A stretch of 64,000 nucleotides of DNA from an uncultured Gammaproteobacteria bacterium (GCA_964538435.1 CAZIDX010000007.1:4399-68398), one strand, 5' to 3'. Shown: positions 9,128 to 18,500, counted from the stretch's first letter. Made by a program: numbers and translations. The notes: generated from the sequence alone by a model not told the origin.

Positions 9128-10132
9128 TTAGTAGTCGAGCCCCTCGCGGGCAGGGACGCCTGAGTAAAAGTAATGCCTGTGTAGGCGCATTTGTGTGATG
9201 AGATGGGCGCGGTCGAGAAACTCTTTTGGTGCATGGCGTCCGGTCATGATGACCTCGGTGTTATCTGGCTTGCTGTCGAGCAGCTTGAGCACATCACTTA
9301 CTTTGAGCATGCCTAGATCTGTGGTTGAGTTGATCTCGTCGAGAACCACCAAGTCACAACCCTCATCGAACATCTTTTGTGCAGCACTGAGTCCGCGCTG
9401 CGCTTCTTGCTTATCGGTATCTTGGACTGAGAAGTCAAAACGTCCAGTGTCAGGATCGATGCGATCTCGTCCTGTTGCAACATAATCAATCCCCTCGATT
9501 TGTTCGAGAACGTGACGTTCTGAGTAATGTGTCTCCCCTCCTTTGTCAAAATATACAATTCCAACTTTCTTTTCAACAGCTCGCGCTCGAATCACCTCTC
9601 CGAGTGCTGCAGTGGTCTTACCTTTTCCGTTTCCTGTGAAGACCTGAATGAGGCCATAGCCTTCTCGTCCTTTGATGCGCTCGTCCGTGCCGACCGTGAT
9701 GCCGAAGTGCTTTCTATAGACGTCAATGACATCAAACACGACCTGGTGAGCTGTTTCTTCAAATGAAAGCTGTGGGTTCATCCAAATAAGCTCGGTGTGC
9801 TCATCAGAGAGTGTGATTTTCACTCCTTCTTTGAGTCTGACAAGGTGAAAGATGCCGATGATTGGGTTATTCTCAACATCACCATTTACTCCCCAACGAT
9901 CAACATGAAGCGGTTCGAGCACCTCGAAGTCTCCTGCATTAATGCCTAGCTCTTCGGTAAGCTCTCGGATAAGAGCGTCGCGCGGCATCTCATTTGCATC
10001 CATGCGCCCGCCTGGAAAGTCGAGTTTTCCCTTTGCTTTTGAGTGGTCACCAATCCCGCTTTCTCTGATTAGAAGAATGCGACCAACACGATCAACAACA
10101 ACCCCTTTATTTGCTACAAACTTTTTTTCCAT
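9128..10132 (-). CDS. Nudix hydrolase fused to cob(I)yrinic acid a,c-diamide / corrinoid adenosyltransferase (CobA/CobO/BtuR)
   Basis: N-terminal Nudix box GGRMDANEMPRDALIRELTEELG. C-terminal IQVFTGNGKGKTTAALG P-loop, VVLDEI, IMTGR and terminal GLDY, collinear with CobA/BtuR. 3 bp from the downstream protease gene. Confidence 0.75.
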   Translation of the reverse strand: MEKKFVANKGVVVDRVGRILLIRESGIGDHSKAKGKLDFPGGRMDANEMPRDALIRELTEELGINAGDFEVLEPLHVDRWGVNGDVENNPIIGIFHLVRLKEGVKITLSDEHTELIWMNPQLSFEETAHQVVFDVIDVYRKHFGITVGTDERIKGREGYGLIQVFTGNGKGKTTAALGEVIRARAVEKKVGIVYFDKGGETHYSERHVLEQIEGIDYVATGRDRIDPDTGRFDFSVQDTDKQEAQRGLSAAQKMFDEGCDLVVLDEINSTTDLGMLKVSDVLKLLDSKPDNTEVIMTGRHAPKEFLDRAHLITQMRLHRHYFYSGVPAREGLDY

Positions 10133-10217
10133 AGTAAACCGATTTTACCATAGATTGACAAAGTGGCGTTTTGGAGATAAGGTTTGATATCCTCAACAAA
10201 AGGAAATGGGAGGTATC

Positions 10218-10913
10218 ATGCGAGGAATCCCTCTTGCACCGCATATGAGTCCTGGCGACCTGTGCATCATCACTGTGACCACCAGAAGCAGCTGCGACTC
10301 TCTGGGTCGCATCGGCCCCGAGGACTTTGTGGGCGAGTTCAAGGGTGTGGTCGAGGCCGTGGACTACGACAACCGCAGGATCAAGGCCAAGTTCACTGAC
10401 CCGCGCCTGACCAAGAACAGAGATCTGGCTATTCGTCGGTTCGACGACAAGGAGCCGCCGTACGAGTACAGGGTTCGCCCGCGTTACCGAATCCAAGGCT
10501 TGTCCATGCAGACCGGGTTCGAGCTCGGTCAACGCTGCGTGGTGCAGATCGGTCACTTCGACGAGAACCCGAGACTGTGTGAGAACCCGGGCATGACCCC
10601 AGAAGAAGTCCTCGAGTGCTTCCCGATCGAGATGGTCGGCCTGTGGGAAGCGAAGATCATCTTCGCCAGCACCAAAGGTGTTGACATGGATGGCACGATC
10701 TACTACCCGGTGGCCGTGCTCCTGGTCGATGACCGTCTGGCAAATCACGAGAACGAAGAGGTTCGGCACTGGCATGGACTGGAGCCTCCGGTGCGCTACA
10801 ACGTGTACCGCGTGAACGAACACATCATCGACGGAGCCCAGCAGGTGATGCGTGTTTGGGAGACCGCACGTGATGCACTGATGGACTCCTGGTCCACGCT
10901 CCAGAAGGGCTGA
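10218..10913 (+). CDS. hypothetical protein (high-GC island, first of four)
   Basis: GGGAGG SD 4 nt before ATG 10218. Ordinary composition; antisense ORF 10107..10952 is junk-like. Upstream TTGACA (10164-10169)-17-TAAGGT. Confidence 0.55.
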   Translation: MRGIPLAPHMSPGDLCIITVTTRSSCDSLGRIGPEDFVGEFKGVVEAVDYDNRRIKAKFTDPRLTKNRDLAIRRFDDKEPPYEYRVRPRYRIQGLSMQTGFELGQRCVVQIGHFDENPRLCENPGMTPEEVLECFPIEMVGLWEAKIIFASTKGVDMDGTIYYPVAVLLVDDRLANHENEEVRHWHGLEPPVRYNVYRVNEHIIDGAQQVMRVWETARDALMDSWSTLQKG

Positions 10914-10975
10914 GCAGACTGAGCAAACGCTCGACGAAGCGCTAAGCAGCAATGCTGGCGCTTTTCTAATTGTGT

Positions 10976-10998
10976 GATTCTTGTTCGTAGGTACGAAA
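10976..10998. repeat. palindromic repeat family copy (degenerate right arm)
   Basis: GATTCTTGTTCGTAGGTACGAAA; shares TTCGTAGGTACGAA core with 11050, 54325 and 54410. Confidence 0.5.
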
Positions 10999-11049
10999 TG
11001 TTATCCACAACTACTTTTTGTTTGTTTGAGGAGTGAAGATTGCTTGCGT

Positions 11050-11079
11050 GATTCTTGTTTGTAGGTACGAAAAAGAATC
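11050..11079. repeat. 30-bp palindromic repeat (14-2-14 inverted repeat)
   Basis: GATTCTTGTTTGTA-GG-TACGAAAAAGAATC; arms 12/14 complementary. Confidence 0.6.
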
Positions 11080-11086
11080 GTGAATA

Positions 11087-11117
11087 GAAAACAGGACCCT
11101 AGGGTCCTGCGTTTTTG
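11087..11117. terminator. bidirectional terminator with perfect 18-bp palindrome CAGGACCCTAGGGTCCTG
   Basis: Palindrome 11092-11109 embeds the TAG stop of the minus-strand gene; T-runs on both sides. Confidence 0.6.
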
Positions 11118-11620
11118 TCGTTACCTCCCTTTCCTCGCCCAAGGGCGATTCCGGCAAGGCTGGCGATGTGGTCGAGCAGCCACTTGCGTTTTCCGATCGA
11201 GCTCTTGCTGATTGCTGTGCACACGTAGAGCAGAGCAACCTTGAGCGCAGTGTCTGTGGCCAGAGCCATAACCTCTTCCTGTGCAGTTGTAGCACCTGCC
11301 TTGAGAAATGCCTCAGGTACTCCCATGGAGAACGGGAGTGTCAGGAAGAGAAGTAGGTAGATCTCACCGTGCGTGATGAAGCGCCAGATGTAGCTTCCGC
11401 TCTGATGGTCTCCAACCCAGCGGCTAACCTCGCGCGCACCCACAAAGATTGTGAGGGCGTAGAACCAGTAGTCTACGAGCTGCTTTCCCACACTGACGTG
11501 CGTTGGGAGCCAGTAACTGGCTGCGATCAGGCTGATCACGATAACGGTACAGATGTCGAAGACGAGCTTCCAGGCGAACAGCTTCCGAAACACGAAGCTG
11601 ACACGTTCTTTTCCAGTCAT
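11099..11620 (-). CDS. hypothetical integral membrane protein (high-GC island)
   Basis: Start chosen at ATG 11620 (MTGKERV) preceded by GGAGGTG SD (the track ORF opens with an alternative start codon at 11647). 4-5 predicted TM helices. Confidence 0.5.
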   Translation of the reverse strand: MTGKERVSFVFRKLFAWKLVFDICTVIVISLIAASYWLPTHVSVGKQLVDYWFYALTIFVGAREVSRWVGDHQSGSYIWRFITHGEIYLLLFLTLPFSMGVPEAFLKAGATTAQEEVMALATDTALKVALLYVCTAISKSSIGKRKWLLDHIASLAGIALGRGKGGNDKNAGP

Positions 11621-11725
11621 TGTCACCTCCGCATTGGAACTGGACAAAAAACCTTAGCAACGCAGCTGATTTGCGTCAAGGTATTGAAATACCACGCCCG
11701 GGGGCGTGGTTCGTGGCAGTTGCTG

Positions 11726-12352
11726 CTAGCGCAAGAGCTGTGGGAGCGCAATGGCAGCCAGGATACCGATGATCGAGATGACGATCATGACCTCCACCAT
11801 TGTCGTGCTCTTGAGGATCTTCCTCTTGTTCACGAGGATGAAGCCTGCCGGAAGAAGCAGGGACAGGAGCAGTCCGAAGACCACGATCCGCTGATGCGGG
11901 AACAGAGCCACCATGGTCGGCAATGTGACACGTTCGTCACCATCGACCAGCACCTTGCGCACCTGCAGCAGAGCCAGGTCTCGATCTCCGCTGCTCATCT
12001 CTGCCGCAATGGCTTCATCTGCCTCGAGCTTGGCGCCTACGATGTTCTCGTACCAGTACCCGACGTCGTTACTGCCGCGCTCGAAGAACACGTTCGAGTG
12101 ACCGTAGTTAATCTCGTGTTCGTCCAGATACTCGATCGCGAGCCCCACCTTCTCACTGGCGCGCTCCAGGTTGGAGGCATCGGCAGCGAGCTTGAGGTTG
12201 TCGGTCACGTTGATGGAGAACAGGAGCGAAACCACGACCGCGTAGGCAGCGATCAGAAGCGCAGGCAGCAACGTGAACCCTGTACCTACCAGTATTGTGT
12301 TCCTATTGCTGCGCTCGAGCCTTTCTCTGTCACGTCCGGTAGGGATTGCCAT
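11726..12352 (-). CDS. hypothetical membrane protein (N-terminal TM, extracytoplasmic domain, two C-terminal TM helices)
   Basis: Antisense ORF 11369..12382 is His/Cys/Arg-rich junk. Directly follows the stop of 12363..13067 (operon). Perfect 20-bp palindrome ACCACGCCCGGGGGCGTGGT (11693-11712) downstream. Confidence 0.5.
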   Translation of the reverse strand: MAIPTGRDRERLERSNRNTILVGTGFTLLPALLIAAYAVVVSLLFSINVTDNLKLAADASNLERASEKVGLAIEYLDEHEINYGHSNVFFERGSNDVGYWYENIVGAKLEADEAIAAEMSSGDRDLALLQVRKVLVDGDERVTLPTMVALFPHQRIVVFGLLLSLLLPAGFILVNKRKILKSTTMVEVMIVISIIGILAAIALPQLLR

Positions 12353-12362
12353 GTTGTCTCCG

Positions 12363-13067
12363 TTACTCCGTGTGGATCTTGACGGTGTCGTTCATGGGGA
12401 AGAGACGAAAGCGTTCACCACTCTCATTCTCCATGATGAAGTAGTTGCCGGACTCGATGAGCTCCTGGATTCGAGCGTTCTCGTGATCCTTGAGTTGTGC
12501 TTCCACCTGCTCGCTCTCTTGTTCGCGCGGCTCTGCCAGATACTGCTGCTGGTCAGCGATGAGATCCCTGCGAACCTGCTTGGCTCGATACGGGTCAGAC
12601 AGCTCGCTTGCAAAGCCCAGAGCGCGGCTGTAAGCCTCATCTGTGCGCTCGCAACGCATGCGCCAGATCATCATCTCCTGGACGAACAAGTCGTGCTTGG
12701 ACTCGTCGATCTCCTGACACTGGGCCACGTAGGCCTCGAACCAGTCGGCGCCGAGGTAGCTGCCGTCATCTCGGACCTTGCAGTCGCGGGCCTTTTGCAG
12801 ATGCTCGCGCTTGAGACCTGAATAATGGAAGCAATTCACAGACCTCCACGCGATGATGATCGGCTCCTCGGTTTCAGGTGCACTCACCTTGACCTCGGCA
12901 GCCTGAGCCACGGTGTCCATGGACTCATCCGTGACCATAACGAATCCGATCACGACCCCGAACAGGACCAGACCGAACAGCGCCAGGTAAATCACGCCTG
13001 ATGGGAACGTGACGGGCTTGAGCTGATCGCGAATGCGCTTGCTCACGACCTTTGTTCGCTTGTTCAT
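12363..13067 (-). CDS. hypothetical single-pass membrane protein (high-GC island)
   Basis: GGAGGGGAG SD before ATG 13067; one N-terminal TM helix then a charged soluble domain. Confidence 0.5.
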   Translation of the reverse strand: MNKRTKVVSKRIRDQLKPVTFPSGVIYLALFGLVLFGVVIGFVMVTDESMDTVAQAAEVKVSAPETEEPIIIAWRSVNCFHYSGLKREHLQKARDCKVRDDGSYLGADWFEAYVAQCQEIDESKHDLFVQEMMIWRMRCERTDEAYSRALGFASELSDPYRAKQVRRDLIADQQQYLAEPREQESEQVEAQLKDHENARIQELIESGNYFIMENESGERFRLFPMNDTVKIHTE

Positions 13068-13170
13068 TTCTTCTCCCCTCCACTGGGTGACGGATATTGA
13101 ACTTTGGTGAACATGAGAGAATGCCTGAAAATCATCGTTTTGTCAATGGTTGGTGTATAATGTAGTCACT

Positions 13171-13743
13171 ATGTTTTTTCTAAAAGCCTTTATTGCTGGG
13201 TTTGTGATTAAGTCGATTGCAAGTTTTGATGACACGGTCACAAAGATCCCAGTGATCACCAGCCTGACTCAAACACGTGAAGGAAAAATTGCGTTTGCGA
13301 TTGGAAATCTTGGTGCGGTTGCGGTTGTCATTTTGATCGCTTCTGGGATAAGTGCACTTTTAAGTGACTTTGGTGCTCTGCGCTATATTTTAGCTGGACT
13401 CATCTTTTTGGTCGCACTTAATGCTCTTCGTCCTGCTCGCCAACATGCACGCAAGAAAAAACACGACCACCCGTCTGGGCTCAAACTCTTGTACCTAATC
13501 GGGATAGGGTTTGCCGTGTCGTTTGTTGCGCTTATTGATGACTCAGTGCTCTTTATCCCTCTCTTTGCAAACGAGGCTTTATCGAGCGCGTACGTTATTG
13601 TTGGAATCTTTGTATCGACGATTGTGAACTTGCTTCTTGTGATTTACTTTGCTGAGCAGTTTGAGCGTGTGAAGTACTCACACTTTGTTTCATTTGTGAT
13701 CTTGCTCATTATTGCTGGGCTGATTGCGTTTGGAGTGCTTTAA
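13171..13743 (+). CDS. hypothetical polytopic membrane protein
   Basis: Six hydrophobic helices. Track ORF opens at 13150 with an alternative start codon; first ATG is 13171, with TATAAT at 13156-13161. Confidence 0.45.
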   Translation: MFFLKAFIAGFVIKSIASFDDTVTKIPVITSLTQTREGKIAFAIGNLGAVAVVILIASGISALLSDFGALRYILAGLIFLVALNALRPARQHARKKKHDHPSGLKLLYLIGIGFAVSFVALIDDSVLFIPLFANEALSSAYVIVGIFVSTIVNLLLVIYFAEQFERVKYSHFVSFVILLIIAGLIAFGVL

Positions 13744-13756
13744 CAATTTGAAAACC

Positions 13757-14329
13757 TCACCCTAGGGGCGAGGTTCGTTGCCACAGGTCCACCAGCTCAT
13801 CAGCTAGGGCCTGTGTTTTTGTGTCTGCGACCGTGAGTCTACGCTCAAGGTCGTGAAGCACGTGTGTGCAGCAACTGGGAACGGGCTGTGTGCAGCCATT
13901 GATCTTGGTCTGCACTCTCCAGTCGATGCGGATGCCAGCGTCTTGGAATGCTTGCTCCCACTGAGAAAGCTCGTCAAAGCTCTTCCCAACGTACATGGCA
14001 TGTGTGCCACACGACATCATGACGTGCAGGTGCGGATTGTGAATGTTGCCAGGAAGATCACCCAAAACGATCTGAGCACTGTCAGCCAAGTAAGCCTGAA
14101 CAGCAGCCTCAACCTCTGGTAGACCAGCGTGCCACTGCTTTTGTCGCGCGCTCCAGGGCTTGAGCCCAAGAAGAGGGCCGTGGGTATCCGAGTAGACATC
14201 GATCTCGTGGAGACCAACACGCACATCAGAGCGGGCCTGGAGAAGCCTGTAGAGCGTGGTGCAGAGCGTGGACTTCCCGCTGTTAGCAGGACCACCGACA
14301 AGGAGACGAATCTGGTGAGGTGCGCTCAC
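13757..14329 (-). CDS. P-loop NTPase / small kinase-like protein
   Basis: Walker A LLVGGPANSGKST and Walker B-like IVLGDLPG. GTG start overlaps the Fic stop (GTGA) with GAGGTGA SD inside the Fic 3' end. ~57% GC. Confidence 0.55.
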   Translation of the reverse strand: MSAPHQIRLLVGGPANSGKSTLCTTLYRLLQARSDVRVGLHEIDVYSDTHGPLLGLKPWSARQKQWHAGLPEVEAAVQAYLADSAQIVLGDLPGNIHNPHLHVMMSCGTHAMYVGKSFDELSQWEQAFQDAGIRIDWRVQTKINGCTQPVPSCCTHVLHDLERRLTVADTKTQALADELVDLWQRTSPLG

Positions 14330-14940
14330 TGATCACCTCGCAATGCCCGGTAGTAGGCCTGAAAGACCTCGAGGCTCTGGTTCATGCGCTCGTAGTAGCT
14401 CCTGCGGTCTGCATAGATAGTGAGGGGCGCTCCTGCCTTGAGACAGGCCAGCGCGCTCCAGAATTTGGTCATGCGACCACAACCATCTGAGTATGGGTGA
14501 ATGCGGAAGTCGAGCTCGTACTCGAGTATTGCCAGGAATTCTGTGACTTGATCTTGTGTCAGTCCGGCCAGGCCAGACGCAAGCCACTTGAACCACACAC
14601 CCATTTCGATATCGATCCTACCAATGGGCACTCCATAGGCCTTGCCTGTGTCATGCTGGCGATACATGGAGCTGGTTTGGGTTCCTGATGTTACGGATGC
14701 AAAGAGCTGGAGCTCGAGCAGGCGCAGGTCGCGCACGCTCAGGTCACGATCTCGGTGATCCCACAGGCGATTTGCTGCGCAGACGAGTCCGCGCATTGCA
14801 CTTTCCTGCAGGGCCTCCCCTGTTTCTTCGGCCTGAGGTTTCCCCTCTCGACCCAGTGCATTGACTGAACCTGTCTGAACCGTGCGGCTCATGCCAGAAA
14901 TGCTCCGGAGGAGCACCTGGATGAACTCAGTCTTTTCCAT
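14326..14940 (-). CDS. Fic/Doc (Fido) family protein
   Basis: Fic active-site motif HPYSDGCGRMTKF (HPFx[DE]GNGR pattern) and upstream RDLRLLELQLF helix. Overlaps the HD gene stop by 14 nt. Confidence 0.65.
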   Translation of the reverse strand: MEKTEFIQVLLRSISGMSRTVQTGSVNALGREGKPQAEETGEALQESAMRGLVCAANRLWDHRDRDLSVRDLRLLELQLFASVTSGTQTSSMYRQHDTGKAYGVPIGRIDIEMGVWFKWLASGLAGLTQDQVTEFLAILEYELDFRIHPYSDGCGRMTKFWSALACLKAGAPLTIYADRRSYYERMNQSLEVFQAYYRALRGDQ

Positions 14941-15505
14941 GGCTACCTCCTAGGATCTTTTGAGCCTCTGCCAAGAGCATCTTGTGCAAAGGAACGCTGA
15001 CATCTTTAGCTATTGGAAGGAAAAAATCAACCGTCTTCTGTGCATAACGTGTCACAAAATCGGTATGCGAATCCTTAATACATTGCATGGCCCTACAGTT
15101 ATCCAACCGATCAACAAGCTTTACCATCTGTCCGTCGCGGCTGCTGGCCTTAATTTTCTTTAAAAATGCGTGATTATCAATCACATCGTCAGGAGAAGTG
15201 CATTCATCCACCAGTTGCCTGACATGCTTGTTTGTGAGGCGCTCAACCTTGTCTAGAGTGGTGTCTGTGTCCTCGATAACGTCGTGGAGGAGAGCTGCAG
15301 CCATTACGTCTGGATCTTGGTAGCCAAGTGTTTGATTGAGAATCAAAAAGCAGCGGTATAGGTGAACAAGTTGACACTCCTGGATCCGCTTGTCATTGCC
15401 ATGTACCTGCTGCACAAACTCAACAATAGGTTGCAAATGCCTGGGAAGCTGCTGTCGAACAAATTGAAAAACGTATTTTTCGTCTTGTGAGTATTCCCAG
15501 GTCAT
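14927..15505 (-). CDS. HD-domain (p)ppGpp-hydrolase-like protein (small alarmone hydrolase / Mesh1-like)
   Basis: H..HD metal-binding signature with AALLHDVIEDT identical in pattern to the RelA/SpoT HD hydrolase motif. TATAAT 10 nt upstream of the ATG (leaderless-like). Confidence 0.65.
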   Translation of the reverse strand: MTWEYSQDEKYVFQFVRQQLPRHLQPIVEFVQQVHGNDKRIQECQLVHLYRCFLILNQTLGYQDPDVMAAALLHDVIEDTDTTLDKVERLTNKHVRQLVDECTSPDDVIDNHAFLKKIKASSRDGQMVKLVDRLDNCRAMQCIKDSHTDFVTRYAQKTVDFFLPIAKDVSVPLHKMLLAEAQKILGGSHGKD

Positions 15506-15540
15506 AGTGGGGTTATTATATCGAACTTTCTAACAGATCT

Positions 15541-15572
15541 GAAAACAGGGGCCGTAACCCCTGTTTTTTCTT
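15541..15572. terminator. rho-independent terminator after nrdJ
   Basis: CAGGGGCCGTAACCCCTG hairpin (15546-15563) with T-runs on both strands. Confidence 0.7.
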
Positions 15573-15574
15573 GT

Positions 15575-18500
15575 CTAGCTACATCCGCTTGTTGCACCGC
15601 AGTTTAGGCACTTATAGCAAGCTGCGTTGCGAACCATGATTGAGCCACAGGTGTCACAGGCAGGGGCGTCTGATTGATTATCAAACGTTTGCGTGTGCTT
15701 TGAGTCCTTCTCTTCTTTTGCGTCAAAGAGCTTTGTTTGTACTTCATCTGTCTGCTCTTCTTCTTCCTCATCTTTTTTCACAAGTTCAGCCACGTCTTCA
15801 TCTGCAACAGGTGCGACGGTCTCGCTGAGCTGGGCCGTGTTGATCCCAACAGCCACCTGACTCTCTTGAGGAAGGAACTTGATTGCAAGCCAACGGAAGA
15901 TGTAGTCCGTGATGGACTTGGCGATTCTGATTTGAGGATTGTTTGTGTAGCCTGATGGCTCAAAACGCATGTGAACAAACTTGTTCACGAGAACCTCCAG
16001 TGGCACCCCGTACTGAAGGCCGATTGAGATGGCTGTGGCAAAACTATCCATGAGCCCGCTAATCACAGACCCTTCCTTTGACATGGTAATGAAGATTTCC
16101 CCAGGAGTTCCGTCGTTGTAGAGCCCAACCGTGATGTATCCCTGATGGTTTCCTACGGCAAACTTATGCGTAACAGCCCTGCGCTCGTCTGGAAGCCGGC
16201 GGCGACGCGGTTTGCTTGATGAATCGACTTTTACGGTTTGGACAATCTGTTTTTCTGCTTCTTTAATTTCTGCTTTTTCTTCTTCTACGTTCTGCTTCTT
16301 TGCATCTGATTCTTTTGAAGTTGTGAGTGCCTGCTGGCGCTTTGATCCATCACGGTAGATGGCAATGGCCTTGAGTCCCATCTTCCATCCCTGCATGTAA
16401 ACATCGGCAATATCTTCTTTTGTTGCCTCATGTGGCATGTTCACAGTCTTTGAGATGGCACCTGAGATGAAAGGTTGGACAGCGGCCATCATGCGGATGT
16501 GGCCCATGTAATGAATGGTGCGTGTTCCGTTTGCAGCTTTAAATGCGCAATCAAATACGGCCAAATGCTCAGGTTTGATGTGAGGAGCGCCTTCAATAGT
16601 ATCTTTTTCTTCGATAAAGTCCTGAATCTCTTTTCGCTCAGACCCAGTGTAGCCAAGGCGTGTGAGGGCTTCTTCCACGGTTCCATTCACCATCTTGAGC
16701 ATTCCACCTCCAACAAGCCATTTGTACTTTACAAGAGCGATATCAGGCTCAACACCAGTGGTGTCGCAATCCATGAGGAAAGAGATGGTTCCGGTTGGAG
16801 CGAGTACGGAGATCTGTGCATTGCGGAGCCCGTGACTACTTGCATGTTCAACGGTGTTGTCCCAGCACTTGCGCGCTTCTGTGAGCAAGTCGGCTGGCAC
16901 TCCTTCTTCTTTGATCTTGTAAGACTCGTCGCGGTGCATGCGCATGACTTCCATGGCTGGTTCTTCGTTTGCTTTGTATCCAGCAAAGGCTCCGCGCTTT
17001 TCTGCGATTTTTGATGACTGGAAATAGCAGTGACCGCTCTGGAGTGAGGTGATAGCAGCGGCTAAGTTGCGTCCTTCGTCTGAATCGTAAGGGAGCCCGC
17101 GGCTCATAAGGAGCGCACCGAGGTTTGCGTAGCCGATTCCAAGAGGTCGGTAGTCAAGACTGTTCTGCTCAATGGCTGGAGTTGGATAAACCGAGCTTCC
17201 TACAATAATCTCCTGCGCTGTGATAATGATTTCGTTTGCTTTTTTGAATGCCTCTGTATCAAATACCATGCGTCCGTTTTCCTCCTTTCGGAACTTCATG
17301 AGGTTGAGAGACGCCAGGTTGCATGCACTGTCATTGATAAACATGTACTCAGAGCATGGGTTTGAGGCAAAAATGCGATCTGTGTTCTTGCAGGTGTGCC
17401 ACTTGTTAATAGTGGTGTCGTACTGGATTCCTGGATCTCCACACTGCCACGCAGCATCTGTCATAAGATCCATGAGATCCTGTGCCTTCCAGGTTTGAAT
17501 GGTCTCGCCCGTTGTCACTGCCTTTGTGTCCCAGTTTTCTCCTTTTTCAACCGCACTCATGAACTCATCGTTTACACGCACTGAGTTGTTTGCATTTTGG
17601 AAATAGATTGATCCATAAGCTGGGCCGTCGATTGATCCGTCATACCCGGCATCCATGAGCGCCCAAGCCTTTTTCTCTTCTTCAACTTTGCAAGTAATAA
17701 ATTGATCAATGTCAGGGTGTCCAACATCCAAAATCACCATTTTTGCGGCACGACGTGTTTTCCCTCCTGATTTGATGACTCCAGCAAATGCATCCAGTCC
17801 TTTCATGAACGACACAGGTCCTGAAGCTTTTCCGTTGCTTCCTCCAAGATACTCGTGGCGGGAACGGAGCTTTGAAAGACTTGAACCAGCACCAGACCCA
17901 CCCTTAAAGAGCATGCCCTCTGTGACACAGAGGTTCAGGATTGAGCGCATGTCATCCTCAACTGAGTTGATGAAGCAGGCAGAGCATTGCTGTGGTCGCG
18001 GTGTTCCCACATTAAACCAAACCGGCGAGTTAAATGCTGCCATTTGGTTTACGAGAATGTAATGAAGCTCATCCTCGAAGGTTTGTGCGTCTTCTTTTGT
18101 TTGAAAATAACTTCCCTTCCGCCCCCAGTCAGAAATAGTTGTTGCCACTCGCCCAACAAGCTGCTTTACAGAAGTCTCCCGATCTTCCTTTCCAATAGTT
18201 CCGTAAAAGTATTTTGAAACAACAATGTTTGTTGCTGTCTGAGACCAACTCTTTGGCATCTCTACATCCTTTTGCTCAAACACCAAGTTGCCTTTATGGT
18301 CCATGATGGTGGCATCGCGTTTTTCCCATTCGATCTCGTCGTATGGATGCACGTCCTTTTTTGTGAAGTAGCGTTTTACATCGATTCCTTTTCCGTACTG
18401 TTCCTTTTTGTCATTCACACGCTCCTCATTGCGGAACTGTGAGTAACGCTTTGCCACATGGACGAGGTTGGCGTCAATTAAAACAAGACCAACAACTTCA

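Noticed and set aside
10107-10952. Minus-strand 281-aa ORF
   Set aside because: Antisense to 10218..10913, which has a GGGAGG SD and ordinary composition; the minus frame is His/Val/Leu-rich junk.
11726-11810. Type IV pilin-like hydrophobic segment (TTMVEVMIVISIIGILAAIALPQ)
   Set aside because: It lies at the C-terminus immediately before the stop codon, not after an N-terminal prepilin leader, so it is just a terminal TM helix.
11369-12382. Plus-strand 337-aa ORF
   Set aside because: His/Cys/Arg/Asp-rich antisense frame of two real membrane-protein genes.
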